Below are positions 16,026 to 23,100 of a DNA stretch of 24,660 bases, one piece after another. The translations under genes were made by a program, and so were the position numbers. Each line of letters starts with the position of its first letter. Positions within the stretch are counted from its first letter, which is position 1. The stretch is taken from positions 1-24,660 of the IMG/VR virus record IMGVR_UViG_3300005805_000466; one strand, given 5' to 3'. The notes beneath the pieces were generated by a model, which was not told the origin of the DNA, ran no database searches, and saw nothing but the letters and a program-made list of their open reading frames with translations. The stretch is from a virus (lineage: Duplodnaviria > Caudoviricetes).

Positions 16026-16751
16026 ATGGCTACTGAGATTTATAAAATAGAAAAAATAAAATTAATCGATGGTACAGAATTAGAAATAACACCATTAAAG
16101 ATTAAATACTTAAGAGAGTTTATGGAAGTATTTGATGCGATTCGTGTTACAAAAAATGATCAAGAAGCAATTCTTGTTTTATCAGAATGCACAAGAATAT
16201 GTATGAAACAGTTTTATCCACAAATATCTAAAAATATTGAAATTTTAGAAGAAAACGTAGACCTTCCAACAATATATAAAATACTAAATGCTGCTGCTGG
16301 TATAAAAATAAATAGAGAATCTGAAGAACCAGTAAAACAACAAGCAGAGGAGAGTGGATCTACCTGGGATAATTTAGATCTTGCAGAGATTGAATCGGAG
16401 GCATTTTTGCTCGGTATTTGGAAAGATTATCAAGAACTAGAATTATCTATGTCTATGCCAGAATTAATGGCTACCCTTTCTAGCAAAAGAGAACTAGATT
16501 ATGAAGAAAAAAAGTTTTTAGCAGCAATTCAGGGTATTGATTTAGATGCTAATTCTAAGAGTAGTTCTGGTAAGCAAAGAGGGCAGCAAGAATGGGAAGA
16601 TCTTAAAGCAAGAGTATATAGCGGTGGTAAAGCAAGAGATGGAAATGATATTCTTGCATTACAAGGTCCCGCTGCAGAGAAGGCAGGGTTTGGTATTGGC
16701 ATGGGTATTGATTATGATGACTTGCGTGACCCTTCTTTAATGAAAAATTAA
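16026..16751 (+). CDS. Tail assembly chaperone, long (GT-like) form
   Basis: Between tube and TMP. First ~100 aa are paralogous to 16802-17131, and MATEIY aligns with MATTVY, supporting start 16026. C-terminal LLGIWKDYQELELSMSMPEL resembles T-type domains. Confidence 0.75.
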   Translation: MATEIYKIEKIKLIDGTELEITPLKIKYLREFMEVFDAIRVTKNDQEAILVLSECTRICMKQFYPQISKNIEILEENVDLPTIYKILNAAAGIKINRESEEPVKQQAEESGSTWDNLDLAEIESEAFLLGIWKDYQELELSMSMPELMATLSSKRELDYEEKKFLAAIQGIDLDANSKSSSGKQRGQQEWEDLKARVYSGGKARDGNDILALQGPAAEKAGFGIGMGIDYDDLRDPSLMKN

Positions 16752-16766
16752 AAAATAAGCGTTTTA

Positions 16767-16775
16767 TGCTATAAT
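16767..16775 (+). promoter_or_regulatory. Extended -10 promoter TGCTATAAT
   Basis: Intergenic; followed by RBS AGGAGG (16792-16797) and ATG 16802. Confidence 0.75.
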
Positions 16776-16801
16776 TACATTTAGCCTATATAGGAGGAAA
16801 A

Positions 16802-17131
16802 ATGGCAACCACGGTATATGAGAGCCAAGAACTTACTCTTATGGATGGTACAAAAATAACAGCGAGACCTTTAAAAATCTCGCTTTTGCGTCCATTCATG
16901 ACTAAGTTTGAAAAGGTAGCGGAGGTGGCAGACAACAATGAAAAGTCAATGACTCTTCTTGTTGAATGTGTGGCGATTGCTATGCAGCAATTTAATCCAG
17001 AACTCGCTGATATTAAGAAACTAGAGGAGATTTTAGATCTTCCAACAGTTTATAAGATCATTGAGTCCGCTTCAGGAGTTAAACTCCAAGACGCAAATGC
17101 CCTGCTAAATGCAGCACTTGCAACAAATTAA
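16802..17131 (+). CDS. Tail assembly chaperone, short (G-like) form
   Basis: 109 aa, directly before the TMP; paralogue of the upstream gene's N-terminal half. Confidence 0.75.
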   Translation: MATTVYESQELTLMDGTKITARPLKISLLRPFMTKFEKVAEVADNNEKSMTLLVECVAIAMQQFNPELADIKKLEEILDLPTVYKIIESASGVKLQDANALLNAALATN

Positions 17132-17155
17132 ATAAGACAGTAAGAGGTGTCATAA

Positions 17156-20100
17156 GTGGCTGATGTAAACGCAAATATTGGCGTAAATATTGACACCTCT
17201 AAAACTGTTGCACAATTAAAAGCACTTCGTGCAGAAATATCAAGATTCCATCAGTCTGTTTCAAAATCAAGCGCTGCTGCTGCTATGGCACAGCGAAATC
17301 TACAAACAAATTTAGTAAACTCTATAAATGCAACTGGTAAATTTCATGCCAAAATGGGCTTGGTTAGAACTTCTACAGAAGCCTTTACACATGCTCTAGA
17401 AACAAATAAACTCTCAATGCGAGAGTACTTCCGTTATGGAATGGGAGCAACTAGAACATTTGGTAGGTTCTTTAAAAAAGAATTTGACACTATTAGTCAG
17501 GTTGCTCAAGACCGTGTAAAGAGAATGCAGACCCAATATATTAAGATGGGTCGTGATGCATCTGGAGCAATGAAAGCAATTTCCGTAACCCCTACAACTT
17601 TAAACATGAAGGATTATGGAACACAGTTAGCAATAGCAGCACAAAGACAAGCGGTACTTAATCAATTATTAAAACAAGGATCTACAAATCTTCTAAACTT
17701 TGGTAAAAATACACAGTGGGCTGGCCGCCAGTTAATGGTTGGTTTTACCGTACCTCTTGCATATTTAGGTACTGCTGCTGCTAATACATTTATGAAAATT
17801 GAAGAGCAGGCAGTAAAGTTTCGTCGTGTTTATGGAGAAATGTTTACTACAAACCAAGAAACAGAAGATGCATTAAAAAATGTAAGAGATTTAGCAGAAG
17901 AATTTACTAAGTATGGTATTGCTGTTGAAAAAACTATGGAGATGGCTGCCAAGGCTGCTGCAACAGGTAAGATGGGTGCCGAACTTACCCAACAGGTAGT
18001 AAATGCAACAAGGCTTGCAGTTTTGGGTGGTGTAGAACAAGAACAGGCACTAGATACAACAATTTCTCTTACAAATACATTTGGTGTTGCAGCAGACGAA
18101 TTATCAAAGAAAATAGATTTTCTCAACGCAGTTGAAAACCAAACAGTATTAAGTATTGAAGATTTAACAATCGCTATTCCAAAAGCAGGACCAGTTGTTA
18201 AACAATTAGGCGGTAGTGTAGAAGATCTTGCATTCTTGCTTACTGCTATGCGTGAAGGCGGTATCAACGCATCTGAAGGTGCAAACGCACTAAAGTCTGG
18301 TTTGGCATCTCTTATTAATCCAACAGATAAAGCATCTAAAATGCTTGCTGGATTTGGAATCAATATTAAAGGAATTGTTGAAGCAAATAAAGGAGATGTT
18401 AAGGGAACAGTAATGGCCTTCTCTGCTGCCCTAGATACACTAGATCCTTTAAATCGTGCAAGAGCAATTGAACAGTTATTTGGTAAATTCCAATTTGCTC
18501 GTTTATCAACATTGTTTGGAAATATTACAAAAGAAGGATCACAGGCAGCCAGAGTATTTGATTTAATGGGGGCATCTGTAGAAGAACTTGCAATTCTATC
18601 TGAGCGAGAATTAAAGAAGGTAGAAGATGCAATAGGTGTTAATTTTAAAGAGGCTGTTCAACAATTAAGACTTGCGCTAGAGCCAATAGGTAAAGTATTC
18701 TTAGAAACCGTAACTCCAATTGCAAAGGCTCTTGGACAATTTTTAAGTAAATTTAATAATTTAAGTGATGGTGCTAAAAAGTTTATAGTTGTGTTTACTG
18801 TTCTTGTCGGTCTTATCGGACCAACATTCTTAATGACATTTGGTTTATTTGCAAACGCACTTGCAAATATTATTAAACTATTTACACTTATGAGGGGCGG
18901 GGTATTAAGATTAAGAGGCCAATCATCAATATTAGCAGAACAAACTAATTATTTAACAAAAGAACAAATGGAAGCAGCAACAGTTGCTGCCTCTCTTGAT
19001 CAAGCACATAATAGATTAACACAAAGATTTACATCTGAGGCTATTGCACTAGAGCAACTACGTGCAGCATTTGATAGGGCAACTGCAGCACAAACAAGAT
19101 TTGCTGCTGCAAACCCAGGAATGATGATGCCAGGATTTAGAGGAATTAAAGGTGGCGGAACAGCGCCAAGATTTTCTAGTGGAACTACTGAAGTTGTTGG
19201 TGGACAGGCAGGAAAAGACTCTGTACCAGCACTATTAACTCCTGGAGAAGCAGTTGTTCCAACAGACATTGCACAAGATGAAAGATTTAAACCTTTAATT
19301 GCAGCACTAGTAAGCGGAGATATCGCAAAGTATCAGGGTGGAACAACTAATGCTGGACAGGTAGAGGCTAGAACTAAATCTACAATGTTCTTTGATTTTG
19401 ATGATACATTGGCTAATAGTAAAAAAGCAATGGATTCATGGAAAAAGAAAAATGGTTTTTCTGGTCCAACAACTGCAGCAATGTATGCACAGTTTAATCA
19501 AGATGTAATTGATGGCAAAGTTAAAAATGTTCCTGGCATAGAAGAGAATATAGCAAAACTTAAAAAAGCACAAGCAGCAGGTTTAGATGTAAGAATATTA
19601 ACTGCAAGATATGATGATGAAGTAAGTAAAGCATCAATGAAAAAGGTTTTGTCATCACTAGGAATTAACATTGCAGATGATAAAATACATATGCGTCCAG
19701 CAGCATCTTCATTAGATGATGCAGCATTTAAACGTTCATTTGTTGAAAAATTTGCAGCAGGCACTAGAGGAAGAATTCAGTTAATTGATGACCAACCTAG
19801 AAATCTAAAGGCAGTAGAGGCATTAAGAGAAAGCCCTAAACTCAAAGGACGTATTGGTGTTATTCCAGGACCTCATCTTGTAAAATTTGAAGACCAATAC
19901 TACAATGCTAAAACTGCTAACTCTAGTAAAAATGTTAAAAAACTTTTAAACTCTTTGAAAAAAGGTTCTGATGGCAAGTATGTTTATACATTCCCAGATG
20001 GAACAGAAACACGTATTGCTCCAAGTACGATAGCAAAACAATTACAAAAATATGCTGATCGAGGAGAACCGATTGATGTTAGCAGAGTATCAAGAAATCT

Positions 20101-23100
20101 GGGTATAGGAAAAACTTATAGCAGCCCTCCATGGGTTAAAACACTAATGAAGAAAGCAGTTGCTGCTGATTCAAATATTTTTGCAGAACAAGAAGCACTT
20201 GAAAAAAGATTACAGAAACAAGGAATAACACTTAGTCCAGAACAACGTAAAAATATGTTCGGAATTGATGCAGCACATATAGTCAAAGAACTTGATGATG
20301 AGGGTAGAAAAATTTGGCGAGCAGCAAATCTTACTCCAGAACCAGGATATATAAATAAATATTTAAATGATCAAGTTGAAGGAAAAGAACTTCTTAGAAA
20401 AATACAAAATCTACCAGACTCCGAGTTAACAAAATTAGGTATTAGCAGACAAGCACTTGCTACTTTGGCTTTAGGACAGCATCCTACAACTGAAGATGAA
20501 GCAAGAACACTTCGTGGAATTGCAAAGTATCAAATTAAAACTGATCCAAGAAATCCAAGCATTTATCAGGCACACTTGGTCGATGAAGGTATTGGAGAAA
20601 GATTAAAGAGCGGTATTTATAAAAGAACTCTAAGAACTCTTGCACAAAGAGTTGATATTACAAAATCAAAAGCAGCATTGGCTGCACAAAGCAGATACGA
20701 AGCACTGCTCACTTCAAGAGAAGCAGTATTAAGAGCATCTGGAAAAGTTGATACAAGAACCGTTCCAAAGGCAGCAAATGAAAGAGCCTATGGTCCATAT
20801 GCAGGTGTTCAAGATTCAAGAAAAGGCGTAGTTGGTCCTGGAGATACAATCGTACCAAAATCTCGTCTAGCAACTCCATTTGGCTTTAGGGGTGCTCAGG
20901 CTAGATATTTACCAGGATTCCAAGATGCAACCTCAGTTGTTCCACCAGGATTCAAGGGTGGATCTGGTGCAGGACCATATGGCGTTCCAATGAGCAGTGT
21001 TGCAGCGGGATATCAAACTACCGCTCCACAAGGTGCTGCAACTCCTCCATCAGATGCAGATAAAAAAGCAATGGCAAGACAGCAAAGGGCTGGCATTGGT
21101 ATGGGTGTATCAATGGCCTCTGGAATGGTTGCAATGGGAGCAATGGCTAAAGGAAATGAAGAGTTAGCAAAGTTTGCAATGGCATTGTCTGTTGCTGCTG
21201 GTATTTTGCCACTTCTTTCTGCAAAAGTAAATATGGTTTTAATTCCTTTAATACTTATTGCTGGAGCACTTTATTCTTGGAATAGTGCAATGAAGAAGGC
21301 AAAAGAAGAAGGAAATGCTCTTGGTAAAGCATTATCAATGACAACAGAAAAACTTATTAAAATGTCAGAGATAACAGGAAAGGTAAGTGCAGCAGAAGAA
21401 CAAAATCTTAGAAGAAAAAATGTTATTGGTGGACAAACCGAGGCACAAAGAAAATCTGGACAAACAATTCTTGAAAGTGATTATGGTAAGTCTTTACTTG
21501 CAGATATTGAAGCACAAACAAAGGCTGGAGGAACATCAGAAACCATAGGTAAAAACCTAGGTATTCAAATGTCACAGGCTGTATTTTCTGGTGCGATAAG
21601 CACAGAACAGGCAAGATCTTTAGCATCAGCGCTAGGTGAAAAACTTAAAGATTATAGAATTGGTGCTGTTCTTGTTGGTGAAATGACAAGCATAATTGGA
21701 CCTAATGGAGAAAAAATAGGTCAAGATCCAATACAAACTGCAATAGATATTGATAAGAAATCTTTTGAAGATACACAAAAATTTGTTACTTCTTTAGCAA
21801 CAAAAGCATCTGAAAAAAGTAGTTTCTTTGGTTTAGGGGCAAAGGGTGGCTTTACTGAAAGAGCCGCACTTCCTGCTCTTGGAGGCATGGCTGCTGGCGC
21901 AATGATGTTTGGACCATTAGGTGCTTTAGTTGGTGGTGGCGTTGGTGGAGCAATAGCATCAATAACTGATAAAAATCTTAGCGGTATGGAGAAATTATTA
22001 GGTGTAGTTAGCGGAGGATTAGTACCAGCATTTTTTGATATTAGAGATGCAAATGCAAATTCATTAAAAATTAGTACCGCTAGTGCACAATTACTTATTC
22101 AAGAAGTTGGTAATAACCAACGAATGGCAGATGCTATCAATAAACAATTTAATGAAAAGTTAAAAATTGCTAAAACAGAAGATGAAATTAAAAAAATAGA
22201 AGATGATAGATCAAAAGCATTAACTAGACTTAATGACCAAAATAAACAACAACTAAACACCCTTGTAAAAATGAGAGATCAAATTGGTGAAGGTGGTTTT
22301 GGTGCTGCAATTAAAGACTCTGTAACAGCCCTTTATAAAGAGGGTCCAATGAAGACTTTAGCAGAAACTGTTTCTACACAGTTAGAAGAAATAACAAATA
22401 AAGATTATAAAACATATTTGCAACTAGAACTTGCAAGTGGAAACATAGACCCATTAACAATGCAAACATTAATTAACAATCCAGAAATGGAGACACGATT
22501 TAATGTTTTGGTTAAAACTATGGGAAGCACTGCTGATGCAACAATGGTTATGCAGTTGCTTACTAAAGGTGGTGCTACTGCTGAAGAAATTCCTGTTATA
22601 TTAAATATAATTGATCCAAAAGGTAAAGATCCAAAAGAAAAAGTAGAAGAAATTGCAGCAGCACTTGGTAATGTTTCACAAAGATATGGAATAACAATAG
22701 AAACAAAATCAAAGGCAGCAGCATCCGTCAAGAATTTATTTGATAGTTTAGATAAAGCAGGAATTAATTTTAAACCAGGCAAAACAAAGTTTTTAACTAA
22801 AGCACAAGTACAAGCCCTTGCAGATTATGATCCAACATATAAATATGTAATGGATAATTGGGACAAGGTAGCAGAAGGACAAGGCAAACAAACAATTAGC
22901 GTTACAGCAGTTGCTAGTATGGAAGCCGCTGGAGCAGATCAAGATACGCTTGACTTTTTCTTAGCAGCAAAAGGATCAAAAGAACAAAAATCTGTTGTAG
23001 ATTTAATGATTAATCCTCAAGTTCCAGAGGCAGCAAAACAAGGTTATGAAGCACAATATAAAAAGATTGTGGATGATGCAAAAATTTATATTGAAGAAAA

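Noticed and set aside
16508-16514. In-phase A AAA AAG slippery heptamer in the long chaperone gene
   Set aside because: It lies ~60 codons past the end of the G-like domain, a -1 shift meets TGA at 16538 after eight codons, no stimulatory structure is evident, and EEKK codons give this string easily in AT-rich DNA.
4593-16740. Short + strand alternative-frame ORFs 4593-4802, 9877-10068 and 16546-16740
   Set aside because: Fully nested out of frame in longer genes, 63-69 aa, with no convincing RBS or motif.
20096-20120. NLGIGKT as a Walker A motif, which would complete a kinase-phosphatase pair
   Set aside because: Lacks the first Gly of GxxxxGK(T/S) and a preceding hydrophobic beta strand; no Walker B seen.
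19382-20640. Intein or intron-encoded homing endonuclease explaining the TMP insert
   Set aside because: No Cys/Ser-start and His-Asn-end splice motifs or LAGLIDADG blocks seen; the frame is continuous and a HAD domain is not a feature of such elements.
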